Made by a program: the position numbers and the translations under genes. From Candidatus Latescibacterota bacterium (GTDB lineage Bacteria; Latescibacterota; UBA2968; GCA-2709665), in contig OZ250150.1 in assembly GCA_965237675.1 (NCBI GenBank), positions 4,736,001 through 4,800,000 on the forward strand: DNA of 64,000 bases, read 5' to 3'. This document shows, one piece after another, positions 38,384-48,717 of the stretch; positions within the stretch are counted from its first letter, which is position 1, and the number at the start of each line of letters is the position of its first letter. Below the pieces are notes generated by a model. It saw only the letters and a list, made by a program, of their open reading frames with translations. It made no database searches and was not told the DNA's origin.

Positions 38384-39133
38384 CTATTTTTTCGGCTTTC
38401 TCGGCTTTATTTTGAACATAAATTCCAGGGATTTGGACTCGCCATCGGCAACCGTAATCTCCTCCGTCATCGTGCCCAGCCGCTGGCTTTCGTGCCATGC
38501 CTCGATGGTATAGGCGCCCGCCGGCAACCCCGCGATCTCGAATTTTCCGCCCTCTCCGCTAACGGCGAAGAAAGGATGTTCCATCACGCCGATATAGGAT
38601 TTCATCCAGGGATGCACATCGCACTTGACCGGTACCATCACCTCGGGGTTTGCGAACGAAATCGTGGTCTTCTTCAAAAATTTCGGCATCGCTCTATTGA
38701 CTTCGGCGGAGTTCTGCGGCTTCGGATGGATGTTGTGGAGGGTCCCGTCGCTGTTCAAAACCGTAATCGACTGCCCTGCCATAACGCCCAGGACGTGGGG
38801 TCTGTATATACAGCCCTGCTGATCCACAACGGCGGCCTCGACCGGCGTCTCGAACGTTTTGCCCTCCAACCCCTTCTTGACGTAGACAAATACATTGTGC
38901 AAACCTCCATCGTCCTCCACCACCACGACCTCGCTCAATGCCGAGCCGCCGGTGTGTTTTCCTGCGCAAACCGGGTCGGCCGCCATCTGGATTTTCTTGC
39001 GGCCCGGTTTCTTGCCGCCGGGGAATTCCAGTTTGATGGTTCCGGAAACCGTCGCGCCCGCCACCGCGTCGCCGATCGCAAAACAGCCGAAACCCAGCGC
39101 AATGATCGTTGCAATAAACCCGCGTCGTTCCAT
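38384..39133 (-). CDS. Exported cupredoxin-like / carboxypeptidase-regulatory-like domain protein
   Basis: Signal peptide; CIYRPHV, HNIH, KCDVHPWM; GKFEIAGLPAGAYTIEAWHE. Confidence 0.75.
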   Translation of the reverse strand: MERRGFIATIIALGFGCFAIGDAVAGATVSGTIKLEFPGGKKPGRKKIQMAADPVCAGKHTGGSALSEVVVVEDDGGLHNVFVYVKKGLEGKTFETPVEAAVVDQQGCIYRPHVLGVMAGQSITVLNSDGTLHNIHPKPQNSAEVNRAMPKFLKKTTISFANPEVMVPVKCDVHPWMKSYIGVMEHPFFAVSGEGGKFEIAGLPAGAYTIEAWHESQRLGTMTEEITVADGESKSLEFMFKIKPRKPKK

Positions 39134-39247
39134 TGTAGTGTCCCCTCTCTTCCATTTACGGTTGCACCTGGCCGGTCGGACATTCGTGTTACACGCCGGC
39201 TGGCATTCCCTCTCTAATTTCAATGCTGAAGACACCCGAAATTCCAA

Positions 39248-42200
39248 CTATCGCCGGGTCAACCGGACATCCTGGTGCAAGCCGTAGACGATGTAGTCGG
39301 TGAGCGCCCGAATGACCACGTCGGTTGGCAACTCGAGCAGGCCATCCTCCGGCTTGACCCCCTCCGGCAGCTTCAGATAGGCGGCCATTTCCACCGGAAG
39401 ATAGGTCATTTCGTCACCGAAGAACGTGGGCATCTTGGTGCCCGGCTGAATCTTCTGCGGATCCCACAACCAGTCTCTGATCCACGCAGGTTTCAGCCGC
39501 TCCCGGGCCAATTTCAGGTCGGGCGCCCAGCTTGCCGGATCGCCCTTGGGCTTGATATCGCCCTGCTGGTGGCAGGTGAAGCAGTTGTAAATGTCCTCGC
39601 TGAACAGCTTCTTCGCGCCACTCATCTCCTTTGAAATCAAACGCTTATCCACAAACGTCGCGTAGGGAAACTGCTCCTTGTCCAGACGGGAAAAATAGGT
39701 GACCAGATCGTTGGCCTGCTGGTCTTCGAAGCCGAATGTGGGCATCCGCACTTCAAGCCACGGACGGATGGGCTCCACGTTTCTAAGGAAAGTGAAGAAC
39801 CAGTCCGGCTGAACTTTTCTGCCCTCGCCATTCAGGACCGGCGGCACGAAACCCGCCGCGTCGGAGGCCGAAACATCCTCGGCCTCGTAGGCCTTCACGA
39901 GCGGATCCCGGATCGCCCCGCCCAGATTCTCGACGACGTGGCACCCTTGACAATTCCTCTCGTAGACCAGCCAGCGGCCCTTCTCGATATCGACTTCCTC
40001 GGGGGCCAGGCGTTTGACCGCGTTGGTGCCCACCTGGGTCCTGTTCATGCTCAGTAGCGCCGTCGTCACCGCGTGCGCATCCTGATCGCTCAGATCGAAC
40101 TGGGGCATCCGCAACTTGTCGTCGAACAGCCTCACCTTGCCCTTATCGAAGACGCGGGGTTGTTTCAGCTTCTTGTAGAACCAGTCATGACGCGTATGCG
40201 GAATGGCGTCGGGATCGGTGTTGTGGAAACCCGTTTCCCTGGCCAATAGACCGAAATCCAGCTTGTCCACGTCCTTGCTGCCTTCCTCGGTCAGTTCGGT
40301 GCCGATGGGCTGGGTATCCTCGAATCCGGGTATCAGGTGGCATCCGAAGCAGCCCTGCCGGGAGATAATCTTCTCGCCGAGCCAGATGTCCCTTTCATGA
40401 CTCGACATCTGAGCCAGTTGGGCCTTCGCGGTCTTCACGGGCAGCCTGCTTTGCAGATAATTCAGCACCAGATCGTCACGCACCTGCGGGTCCACCGCCC
40501 CCAACTGTCGGGCTTCAAACGCCGTATTCCGAAGGGTGAGCAGATAGGCCGTGATATCGGCCGCCTCCCGGTCGGTCAGCCGCAAATTCGGCATCCGGGT
40601 ATCCGGGAAATAGCCCGAGGGATCCTTCAGCCAGGCGAACAGCCAGCCAGCCGAGACCTTGCTGCCCACCTCGTTCAGGTCCGGTCCGAAATTCCGCAGC
40701 CCGAATCCCTGGCTCAACCGATCGTCCGCGCCTACCACGTGGCATGCCTTGCAACCCACCATTTCGACGAGACGCTCGCCCCGGCCGGCGTCGCCCGGCA
40801 CCGGAGGCGGGGGGTATACGGGTCGCTCGGACTTCTCGAACAGATACGTCACAATAGCGTTGACCGCGGCCGTATTGCGCTCGATATCCTCCCGTCCGCT
40901 CACGTTGGACAGATCGAAAATCTTGGGCATCTTGGTGGTCGGACGGAAGCCCTTGGGGTCGCGCACCCACTTCAGGGCCCACTCGCGATCCAGCTTGCCG
41001 GCCGCCTTCCGCAGATCCGGACCGACCTTGCGCAGATCCTGCAGCGTATGCCTGGAGATTTTGTGGCAGCCGTGGCAACCCAGCGTGCGCACGAGATGGA
41101 TACCTCGATTCAGGTTGTCCGCCTGCGGTACGTCCACGACGCCTGTGTGGCATTGCGCGCACGTCGATTCCACGTAGCGGCTGGGTAGCATGGGGTGGTC
41201 CCAGTATTTCATCTTCTTCCAGCCGTACAGCTTTTTCCACCTGGCCGCCTCGGCGTCGTCGCTGGGGGTATGGGCCGTATTCTTGAACGTCACCCCCCGG
41301 TCTCGACCCAGATGACAGGTCGTACACCCCGACTCATCGATCGGATGAGGCGAACCGCTGCTCAGGAAAAGGTCCAGCCTCGGATGGGTGGAAAACGCCC
41401 TGGTGCGTCCGAGCCGGACATCTTCGTCCGAGTAGACCGTTTCCATATAAGCCCGGAGTGCCTCATCCTCGAACCAGCCGGTTTCCGGATGGAGTTCGTA
41501 ACCGGGACGATTGATGTTCAGATGGCACGTGGTACATCGATCCACCCGGGGCACCCGGGTGAAGTTGAGTTCGTTTCTGAGTTCAGCCAGCACGACCTGC
41601 CTGACCTTTATGGACGGATCGATAAAGTCAACCATGGGCAGGTTTCGGAACACATTGGGGAAGCTCGGTACAAGTCCGGTCAGCTTCCGCCGCAGGTTCT
41701 CTTCGTCCCTGCGCAACGCGCGCCGCCTGGACTCAAGCGCCTGCCTCTGTCCCGCCACGGCGTCAATGATCTTCTGCTGCGCCGCCTGTTTTTCCTCCAC
41801 CGCCTCCCTGGCCAGCCGGAGCTCGTAGATCCGGATCTCCATGGCGTCCATATCGGCCTTTTTCTTAGCCGCCGTTTCGCCATGTCCGGCCTTCGCCGCG
41901 GCTTCATACTCAAACTTCACCACGTCGTACTGCGCTTTTTCGAATTTGAGCCTCTGATCGACGCCGTACCATTCCGCCTGCGTGAGCCGTTTCAGCTCGG
42001 CCTCCGCCGCGTCGTATCGCTGCTGATGCCCCTTAATCGCTGCCTCAATTCCCGTGAGTTCGTCTTCAATCGCGTTCAGGGCGTCCTGGTCAATGTTCTC
42101 CTGGGCCGATCTGATTTCCGCTTCCGTCTTGTAGGCCTCAAGAGCCATCGCTTCTTTTTGAAAGCCCTTCCACTCCCGGTCGTAGTCGTCCCAGACCATC

Positions 42201-42301
42201 CAGAGTACGGCAAGAACCAGCGCGACGCTGGACAGGGCGAAAATCATGTTCAATTTATCTACATTGTAGACAAAGTCTATGAAGCGCTTCTGTTCATTCA
42301 T
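39248..42301 (-). CDS. Membrane-anchored multiheme cytochrome c (8 CxxCH) with coiled-coil stalk
   Basis: CTTCH x2, CAQCH, CHGCH, CKACH, CFGCH, CQGCH, CFTCH; N-terminal TM and long helical region. Confidence 0.9.
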   Translation of the reverse strand: MNEQKRFIDFVYNVDKLNMIFALSSVALVLAVLWMVWDDYDREWKGFQKEAMALEAYKTEAEIRSAQENIDQDALNAIEDELTGIEAAIKGHQQRYDAAEAELKRLTQAEWYGVDQRLKFEKAQYDVVKFEYEAAAKAGHGETAAKKKADMDAMEIRIYELRLAREAVEEKQAAQQKIIDAVAGQRQALESRRRALRRDEENLRRKLTGLVPSFPNVFRNLPMVDFIDPSIKVRQVVLAELRNELNFTRVPRVDRCTTCHLNINRPGYELHPETGWFEDEALRAYMETVYSDEDVRLGRTRAFSTHPRLDLFLSSGSPHPIDESGCTTCHLGRDRGVTFKNTAHTPSDDAEAARWKKLYGWKKMKYWDHPMLPSRYVESTCAQCHTGVVDVPQADNLNRGIHLVRTLGCHGCHKISRHTLQDLRKVGPDLRKAAGKLDREWALKWVRDPKGFRPTTKMPKIFDLSNVSGREDIERNTAAVNAIVTYLFEKSERPVYPPPPVPGDAGRGERLVEMVGCKACHVVGADDRLSQGFGLRNFGPDLNEVGSKVSAGWLFAWLKDPSGYFPDTRMPNLRLTDREAADITAYLLTLRNTAFEARQLGAVDPQVRDDLVLNYLQSRLPVKTAKAQLAQMSSHERDIWLGEKIISRQGCFGCHLIPGFEDTQPIGTELTEEGSKDVDKLDFGLLARETGFHNTDPDAIPHTRHDWFYKKLKQPRVFDKGKVRLFDDKLRMPQFDLSDQDAHAVTTALLSMNRTQVGTNAVKRLAPEEVDIEKGRWLVYERNCQGCHVVENLGGAIRDPLVKAYEAEDVSASDAAGFVPPVLNGEGRKVQPDWFFTFLRNVEPIRPWLEVRMPTFGFEDQQANDLVTYFSRLDKEQFPYATFVDKRLISKEMSGAKKLFSEDIYNCFTCHQQGDIKPKGDPASWAPDLKLARERLKPAWIRDWLWDPQKIQPGTKMPTFFGDEMTYLPVEMAAYLKLPEGVKPEDGLLELPTDVVIRALTDYIVYGLHQDVRLTRR

Positions 42302-42415
42302 CGAACGGCTCCAGAGAGGCGGCATTTGCCAAAAGCACAGGGCGAGCCGCGTCTTTCAATCCCTTCAGAAATTCCACAGCATGCTGCAGCGGCGCCGGAC
42401 AACAAAAAAGAACCC

Positions 42416-43492
42416 TCAGATATTGAAGAAATATTCCGGAATGGCAACGATGTATTTCAGGTTGAACAGCCAGCGAAGCAACATCTTGATGGGGAGGGCG
42501 ACCATGCAGAGGAAGAAGAGGATCATCACGCTATAGCGGGCGAATCCCATGGTCTTGTAGAACTCCTTGAACGCCGTTTGCGCCAGTACGGGCGGCGGCA
42601 CCAGAAAATACAGGATAACGATGAGGAAACCCCATATCTCGCGCGTCAACCAGAAGGATGGTAAACCCGTACCCAGCCATTGGACATAGATATATTCCGA
42701 AAGATTGACGTTGACCAGCGCTTCCAGTTTGTGTACGTCCCAGAATTCGTACGGCCCGAAAAAGTTCCAGTTCGGGCCACGCAAAAACGTACCGATCATG
42801 ATCAACACCACCCACAACACCACAAAACCGAACAGAAACACCGTAATGGCGAACCGGCGTTCCTTGAAGGTATAGTAACCCAAACCCTTCGGATTCCGAT
42901 CGATAAACGGAATGGCCATGAGACCCACAATGACGAGGGTGGGCATAACGACCCCGGCGATCCATGGATCGTAATACACCAGCATTTCCTGAAGGCCCAG
43001 GAAATACCAGGGCGCCTTGGACGGATTGGGGGTTGATGCGGGGTTGGCCGGCTCTTCGATGGGGGCTTTTATCAGCACGGACCAGAGAATCAGAAAGACT
43101 GTTGCCAGGGTCAGGCAAATCAACTCCGTGTAGACCAGATGGGGCCAGGTGAGGACCTTCTCTTTGAATTCGGCTTTCTCAACCGGCCCTTCTCCGCGTT
43201 CGATACGCTCGTCGTTGTCGTACCCCTGTTTCAGGCTGTACCAGACAAAAAAACCGACCAGGAACAACAACATGACAATTGGGATATTGTCGCCCTTGGT
43301 CACGATGATGCGGAAATTCTCATCCTGAAAACTCACAACGAAGAATACGATCGAGGCGATCAGGGCGAGGACGCCGAACCGGACCGTCCAGACCCAGCGG
43401 GTCCGCAAAGCCAGGAAAAAGAGAATGGCAAACAACGGCATGAAATATTCAGGCGTCAGAAGCCAGTTGATGAAGCCCTTCAGAACTTCCAT
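42416..43492 (-). CDS. Cytochrome b C-terminal / subunit IV-like protein with extra TM helices
   Basis: WPHLVY.E and ANPASTPNPSKAPWYFLGLQE (PEWY-equivalent). Confidence 0.85.
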   Translation of the reverse strand: MEVLKGFINWLLTPEYFMPLFAILFFLALRTRWVWTVRFGVLALIASIVFFVVSFQDENFRIIVTKGDNIPIVMLLFLVGFFVWYSLKQGYDNDERIERGEGPVEKAEFKEKVLTWPHLVYTELICLTLATVFLILWSVLIKAPIEEPANPASTPNPSKAPWYFLGLQEMLVYYDPWIAGVVMPTLVIVGLMAIPFIDRNPKGLGYYTFKERRFAITVFLFGFVVLWVVLIMIGTFLRGPNWNFFGPYEFWDVHKLEALVNVNLSEYIYVQWLGTGLPSFWLTREIWGFLIVILYFLVPPPVLAQTAFKEFYKTMGFARYSVMILFFLCMVALPIKMLLRWLFNLKYIVAIPEYFFNI

Positions 43493-43537
43493 CGTCTTCC
43501 TCGATGATTCCGCAGATCGGACAAGCGGAGGCCGCTT

Positions 43538-44323
43538 CTACATCGGTCCGGAGATCCCGCCGTCCTTTCGGACCCGCCAGAAGTGAACGGACATTAATAC
43601 AGCCGCCACAAACGGGATGAACAGACAATGCAGTACATAAAACCTCAGCAGCGCGCCCTCCCCGACAAAACGGCCACCCAACAGCGCAAATCGGGCGTCG
43701 TCGCCGGCGTGGACCAGGTTGATGTCGCCGAGCATCAGGAACGCCGCTCCCGGCCCCTCGTGCCCGAGGAAAGGCGTTGCCCGCGCCATATTCGATCCGA
43801 CCGTAATAGCCCAGATGGCAAGCTGATCCCAGGGTAACAGATACCCGGTAAAGCTCAGCAATAGCGTCAATAGAAGCAGAATGACACCAATCGCCCAGTT
43901 GAACTCGCGCGGCGGTTTATAGGAACCGGTCATAAACACGCGCAACATGTGCAGCCAGACCGTAATAATCATCGCGTGGGCGCCCCACCGGTGAATCTCC
44001 CGCATGATGCCCAGCGGCACCTGCTCACCCAGGTCGATAATGTCGGTGTAGGCGTATTCGAGTGTGGGCCGGTAGTAAAACATGAGCAGAATGCCGGTGA
44101 TGGTCTCAACCAGAAAAATAAAAAAGGTGAGCCCACCCATACACCACGTGTAGCGCACCCGGATACCCGATTTGGGGGTTCGCACGGGATGCAGATGCAG
44201 GAATACATTGGTCAGTACCACCTGCGCCCGACCGCGTTCGTCACTCGGCACGTCGTGTCTGAAGATCGACTTCCAGATCTGAGAGCGCTTGGTCTTGTCA
44301 AGCAGGCCCGAAATCTTCGGCAT
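43538..44323 (-). CDS. qcrB: Cytochrome b6-like subunit of a Rieske/cytochrome b complex
   Basis: CMGGLTF (heme ci Cys), [45 protein letters not shown]. Confidence 0.93.
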   Translation of the reverse strand: MPKISGLLDKTKRSQIWKSIFRHDVPSDERGRAQVVLTNVFLHLHPVRTPKSGIRVRYTWCMGGLTFFIFLVETITGILLMFYYRPTLEYAYTDIIDLGEQVPLGIMREIHRWGAHAMIITVWLHMLRVFMTGSYKPPREFNWAIGVILLLLTLLLSFTGYLLPWDQLAIWAITVGSNMARATPFLGHEGPGAAFLMLGDINLVHAGDDARFALLGGRFVGEGALLRFYVLHCLFIPFVAAVLMSVHFWRVRKDGGISGPM

Positions 44324-44410
44324 ACCGTGTTCTCCCGATGGGTTCGCAATGCTTGAACTGACAAGAAGAATCGCGCAAACGGCAACACTGCCGCCTGCTT
44401 GCTGGCGTGT

Positions 44411-45361
44411 TTAGATCCGCAAAAAGGATTCCGGGTTGTCCCAGTGACCCTTCTCGTACAGAAACTTTCGGGTCTTGTCGACCAGCACCTGACCGTCCTC
44501 GGCCAGCACGATGCGGGCCCGTTCCAGCGGTCGCGGCGCCGGGCCCTCGAAGTTGATGCCGGTCATATAAAAGCCGCTGCCGTGGCAGGGACACTTGAAC
44601 TTCTGTTCATTGCCCAGCCAGTTCGGCGTGCAACCCAGATGGGTACATACCGAAATGAGCGCGAACATATCCTGCGTGGTCTTGATGACCCAGACGCTGA
44701 ATTTATCCTTCCAGCGTTCGTCCACGCCCAGATCGTAATCTTCCGGAAACCCGATTTTGAAAGTCTGCGGCGGCTCGAACAGGACATTCGGAAACAGAAA
44801 ACGCGCGAACCCCAGGAGCCCCGCCGCGGACGCGGCCGCGAACGCCGCCCAAGCCAGGGTCAGCCAGGTAAAAAACCCCCGCCGGGTGGTCATGCCGCCT
44901 TCAGCCACCGACTGCGTTCTCTCCGGCCCAGGGCGGATTGCGGGCGGGGCCGGCGAGGTCTGGACGATCACGCGCTCCGCTTCCGGCGCATCCTTTTTTT
45001 GCGTTAACGCGCGAGCGGCAGCGGCCCTGTCTGCGGTGGAAGCGGCCTTCTTCGCCGGCGCACCTGCCGGGGCCGCTCCGCCGCCCCCGCGGGCCTTGCG
45101 CATCAGTTCGGCCTTGGCTTTTGCACGGGCAACGCGATCCTGGATCTCGTTCAGCGACGAAAGATCCACTTCGGCGCCGCCGGAATCGCCCCCCGGTTCC
45201 TCCGGGGCCTTCGCGGAAGCTCCCTCCGCCGGTGTTGCCGGGGAGGCTTCGCCTCCGGCGGCCGCTCTGGCCTTGCGCATCGCCTCCGCTTTGGCCCTGG
45301 CCCTGGCCACTCGATCCGGAATTTCGTCGAATTCCGAAAGATCGATATTATCTTCCGACAT
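44411..45361 (-). CDS. qcrA: Rieske 2Fe-2S subunit with long N-terminal repeat extension
   Basis: CTHLGC and CPCHGS boxes; TTRRGFF Tat-like motif plus TM; two DLS..DRVARA.AKAE.MRKAR repeats. Confidence 0.92.
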   Translation of the reverse strand: MSEDNIDLSEFDEIPDRVARARAKAEAMRKARAAAGGEASPATPAEGASAKAPEEPGGDSGGAEVDLSSLNEIQDRVARAKAKAELMRKARGGGGAAPAGAPAKKAASTADRAAAARALTQKKDAPEAERVIVQTSPAPPAIRPGPERTQSVAEGGMTTRRGFFTWLTLAWAAFAAASAAGLLGFARFLFPNVLFEPPQTFKIGFPEDYDLGVDERWKDKFSVWVIKTTQDMFALISVCTHLGCTPNWLGNEQKFKCPCHGSGFYMTGINFEGPAPRPLERARIVLAEDGQVLVDKTRKFLYEKGHWDNPESFLRI

Positions 45362-45619
45362 GGAACACCCCAGAAACCACTTGAGCGGATTTCGAGCCGA
45401 AACTCGTTAGAACGAAATAATATATGATATAAGCTAAAGAAATACCGCAAATTGAATCACTTACAGCCCCCGAGATACCGGGCCAATATATCGAAACCGC
45501 CCCGGATTGTCAAGCGGGATTTTCCGTAGATTCGCACCTTGCGGGGAGAGCGAACGAGGGTTCCGATGCGCGCCCGAACGGGCCGGATCCCTCGCTGCAA
45601 TTCCGTCGATTCAAGTCGC

Positions 45620-46528
45620 TCATTTCTCCCCCCATCCGTTCAGAACTTCAATGGCCGCCTGCCGGACCCGCAGGTCCGGATCCTGTTGGCGCAGTTCCTG
45701 CATCGCGGGAGCCAGGGACCTGGCATCGAGAATGCCCACGGCCCTGATCGCTTCCACCAGAATATTGCGCCGGCCCTCACCGCTTATCCGGTCGAATTTG
45801 CCCAGGTACCCCGGGCTGAGCATCTCGCCCAGAACCTCGAGGCCCGCGTTATTGCCGGCCGCCGCCAACTGCAGGGCGGCGTTCCAGCGAACGTCGGGCT
45901 CCCGGTCGTACAGGGCCAGTTCGAGTGCGGGCTGCACGCGCGGGTCTTCAAGAGTTCCCAGGGCGTATACCGCGGCCTTACGCAGGCCGGCATCGTCGTT
46001 GGACGCGATCCTTACAAGATGCGGCACGGCGCTCGGATCCCCCTGCGCCCTGAGCGAGAACATCGCGTTGATCCGGGTCTCGTCGTCGGGATCATCCAAC
46101 GCGGAAATCAATACGCTGACCAGCGTGGGATCCTGCACCCTTCCCATTGCCGCGGCCAGAAAACGCCGCACGCGGGGGTCGTCCGAACGGGAATCCTCGA
46201 ACACCCGGATCATTTCTCCGACAAACTTCCGGCCGATCCGTCCCTCGCGCTGCTCCTCGTCGAGTACCGTGGCCAGTTCGTACGCCGCCTGCCACCGGCT
46301 GTTAATGCCGCCGACGCGAATGGCGTTGAGATAGTCCTCCGCCGTTTTTCGCTCTGCGGTCAATAGCCCCAGTCCCAGGTATATCGCAAGCCCTACGAGG
46401 ATAATGGCCACCGGGAAGATGACGAACTGTGAGACCAGCCTCGCCCTGGAGACGTCCACGTCCGAAACCGGAGCGGCGGCATCCTCGGCGATTTTTCTGA
46501 GTTCCTCTTCGGGAGTCGGATGGTCCAT
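45620..46528 (-). CDS. Membrane-anchored HEAT/PBS-lyase repeat protein
   Basis: One TM, then LDDPDDETR, DAGLRKAAVYALG, DREPDVRWNAALQL, DPDLRVRQAA. Confidence 0.85.
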   Translation of the reverse strand: MDHPTPEEELRKIAEDAAAPVSDVDVSRARLVSQFVIFPVAIILVGLAIYLGLGLLTAERKTAEDYLNAIRVGGINSRWQAAYELATVLDEEQREGRIGRKFVGEMIRVFEDSRSDDPRVRRFLAAAMGRVQDPTLVSVLISALDDPDDETRINAMFSLRAQGDPSAVPHLVRIASNDDAGLRKAAVYALGTLEDPRVQPALELALYDREPDVRWNAALQLAAAGNNAGLEVLGEMLSPGYLGKFDRISGEGRRNILVEAIRAVGILDARSLAPAMQELRQQDPDLRVRQAAIEVLNGWGEK

Positions 46529-46596
46529 TCGGCAACCTCTGTCTTGAACACCGGTAATCGTGAACCTTCAAGTCGACGGGCGAAAACACGCGGACC

Positions 46597-46700
46597 AATA
46601 TAAACAGAGGCGGTATACGCTGTCAAGATTTTGGTCCGCGACAAAGTTTGCACGAACCCGCCCCTTCATCCTTGACAACCCATGAGAAAGACCTTATTTT
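46597..46700. promoter_or_regulatory. Back-to-back sigma70-type promoters
   Basis: Minus strand: TTGACA (46626-46621), 18 bp, TATATT. Plus strand: TTGACA (46672-46677), 17 bp, TATTTT. Confidence 0.55.
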
Positions 46701-46758
46701 ATTCTCGGATTGCACTTTCCCCATCCACTGATTGCGATCGACAGGAGATCTCTTTCCC

Positions 46759-47493
46759 GTGAACGTCGACCTTTCTCAGTTTGACGGCATCTCCGACCGG
46801 GTGGCGCGGGCCAAGGCCAAGGCCGAGGCCATGCGGAAAGCCAAGCAGGGCGGCGGCGACGCTGCGGTGGCCATGGCGGAATCAGCCGCTCCGGAACCCG
46901 ACGCCGCACACGTTTCCGCAGACACCGAAAAGGAGACCTCGGGCCTCACCATTCTCGAATTCCGGCCTGGCATGCATTTCAAACTGGACGGGCGGGCGGG
47001 ACGGACCGTGAGCATCCGTTACGACTTGGTCAGTTTCGTCTACGACGACGACCCCGACCAGCTTGTTACCGCCGACCGATTTCGCCTCAGTCACGCCCAC
47101 GCCGAAGGCGCACTGGAATTCGCTCCAAAATCCGAGGTCTACCGTCCCGAGCGGGTCGCGAAAAAAGAACGCGTCGACTTCCATGAACACCTCTGGTTGG
47201 AAACCCGCTCCGGCATGGTTGCCAAGAAGAAACGGCCCCGGCATATTGCCATTATCAACCCGGACTACTGCACCGGCTGCAACGCCTGCATCGAAGTCTG
47301 TCCAACAGATTGTATCGAAGAAGTGGACGTCGCGGATGCGGGGCTGGACGGCATCGGCACTTTTTGTGAAGTTCGGCTTGAAGACTGCATCGGATGCATC
47401 CAATGTGTGCATATCTGTCCGTGGGAAGCCATCGAAATGGTGGACACCCAGCGGGTTGAAGAGGCATACGGCATTCCCGTGGGGTCATTATAG
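46759..47493 (+). CDS. 2x[4Fe-4S] ferredoxin-domain protein with N-terminal helix motif shared with the Rieske protein
   Basis: CTGCNACIEVCP and CIGCIQCVHICP; GTG start after AGGAG. Confidence 0.88.
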   Translation: MNVDLSQFDGISDRVARAKAKAEAMRKAKQGGGDAAVAMAESAAPEPDAAHVSADTEKETSGLTILEFRPGMHFKLDGRAGRTVSIRYDLVSFVYDDDPDQLVTADRFRLSHAHAEGALEFAPKSEVYRPERVAKKERVDFHEHLWLETRSGMVAKKKRPRHIAIINPDYCTGCNACIEVCPTDCIEEVDVADAGLDGIGTFCEVRLEDCIGCIQCVHICPWEAIEMVDTQRVEEAYGIPVGSL

Positions 47494-47520
47494 GTCGTTA
47501 TCGACCTGAGAATCACGTGA

Positions 47521-47560
47521 AAGGAGCCTCAACCAGTCGGGTTGGGGCTCCTTGTTTTGT
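47521..47560 (+). terminator. Intrinsic terminator hairpin between convergent genes
   Basis: AAGGAGCCTCAACC/GGTTGGGGCTCCTT followed by GTTTT. Confidence 0.7.
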
Positions 47561-47748
47561 GCCCGATTCCGACCCTGAGGGGTCGCGTGTGATGTCGGCG
47601 GCGCGTGATGCCCCGCATTGCCCGACCGGGTTGTTGCGCTTGCGTCAATGGGCATCGCTGGCGGCCGCCATTCCACATATCGCAAGATATCCCGGAATCA
47701 ATCCGTATCATCGCACGGCCCCGATCGAACGGTGTGCGCGGAACCCCG

Positions 47749-48717
47749 TCAGCAACTGTTGGCCGACAACACGTGGAAGACCTCGCGCATGTCCCGCGGC
47801 ACGTCCGCGTGGAATTCCAGCGTTTCGCCCGTTACCGGGTGGTCGAAACCGAGGGTCCCGGCATGCAACATCTGCCGACGCGCCAGATTCAGGACCGTCC
47901 CGGCAGCGTTCCGCAGTAGTGGTGAAATCCCCCGAATTCGTTTCGCGCCGCCGCCGTACGTGGTATCTCCAAAGACCGGATGTCCGATATGGGCGAGATG
48001 TACGCGAATCTGATGCGTCCGACCCGTCTCCAGCTTCAGACCGAGCGTTGACGCAAATCCATGGAACGACGTCACCTCGTACGTGGTGGCGGCGATGCGT
48101 CCACCGGCCTCCACCACGGCCATGCGCTTGCGGTCTTTCGCACATCTGCCGATGGCTGTCTCAATGCGGCCGCGTTCCTTCTCAAGTTTCCCCCATACCA
48201 GGGCGATATATCGCCGGGTCACCGTGTGCGCCTCCAACTGTGCCGCCAGCCCCCAGTGCGTCACATCGTCTTTGGCCACCATGAGCAGACCGGAAGTTTC
48301 CCTGTCCAGCCGGTGTACAATGCCGGGACGCAGAACGCCGTTGATGCCCGAGAGACGGTCGCAATGCCCCAGGAGGCCGTTCACCAGGGTACCGGATCGC
48401 ATCCGGCCCGCGGGATGTACAACCATTCCGGGCGGCTTGTTTAACACGAGCAGATGCACGTCTTCAAAAAGAATATCCAGAGGAATTTCCTCTGGATCAA
48501 GGTCGGCGGGCACGGGCGGAGGCAGAAAAACCACAATCCGTTCGCCGGTCGTAACCCTGTAATTGGATCGAACCCGTTTTCCCGTTACAAGCACTTCACC
48601 CGAAGCGATCAACGCCTGAATGCGGGACCGGGAGAGGGGCTCGCAGACGGCTGCCAGCATCCGGTCCAGTCGGCTGCCCGCCAGTTCCGGAGGGACGGTA
48701 ACGTCAAACTGCCTCAT
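47749..48717 (-). CDS. rluD: RluA/RluD family 23S rRNA pseudouridine synthase with S4 domain
   Basis: RLDRML..SRSRIQ, NKPPGMVVHP, HRLDRETSG, GRTHQIRVH. Confidence 0.92.
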   Translation of the reverse strand: MRQFDVTVPPELAGSRLDRMLAAVCEPLSRSRIQALIASGEVLVTGKRVRSNYRVTTGERIVVFLPPPVPADLDPEEIPLDILFEDVHLLVLNKPPGMVVHPAGRMRSGTLVNGLLGHCDRLSGINGVLRPGIVHRLDRETSGLLMVAKDDVTHWGLAAQLEAHTVTRRYIALVWGKLEKERGRIETAIGRCAKDRKRMAVVEAGGRIAATTYEVTSFHGFASTLGLKLETGRTHQIRVHLAHIGHPVFGDTTYGGGAKRIRGISPLLRNAAGTVLNLARRQMLHAGTLGFDHPVTGETLEFHADVPRDMREVFHVLSANSC

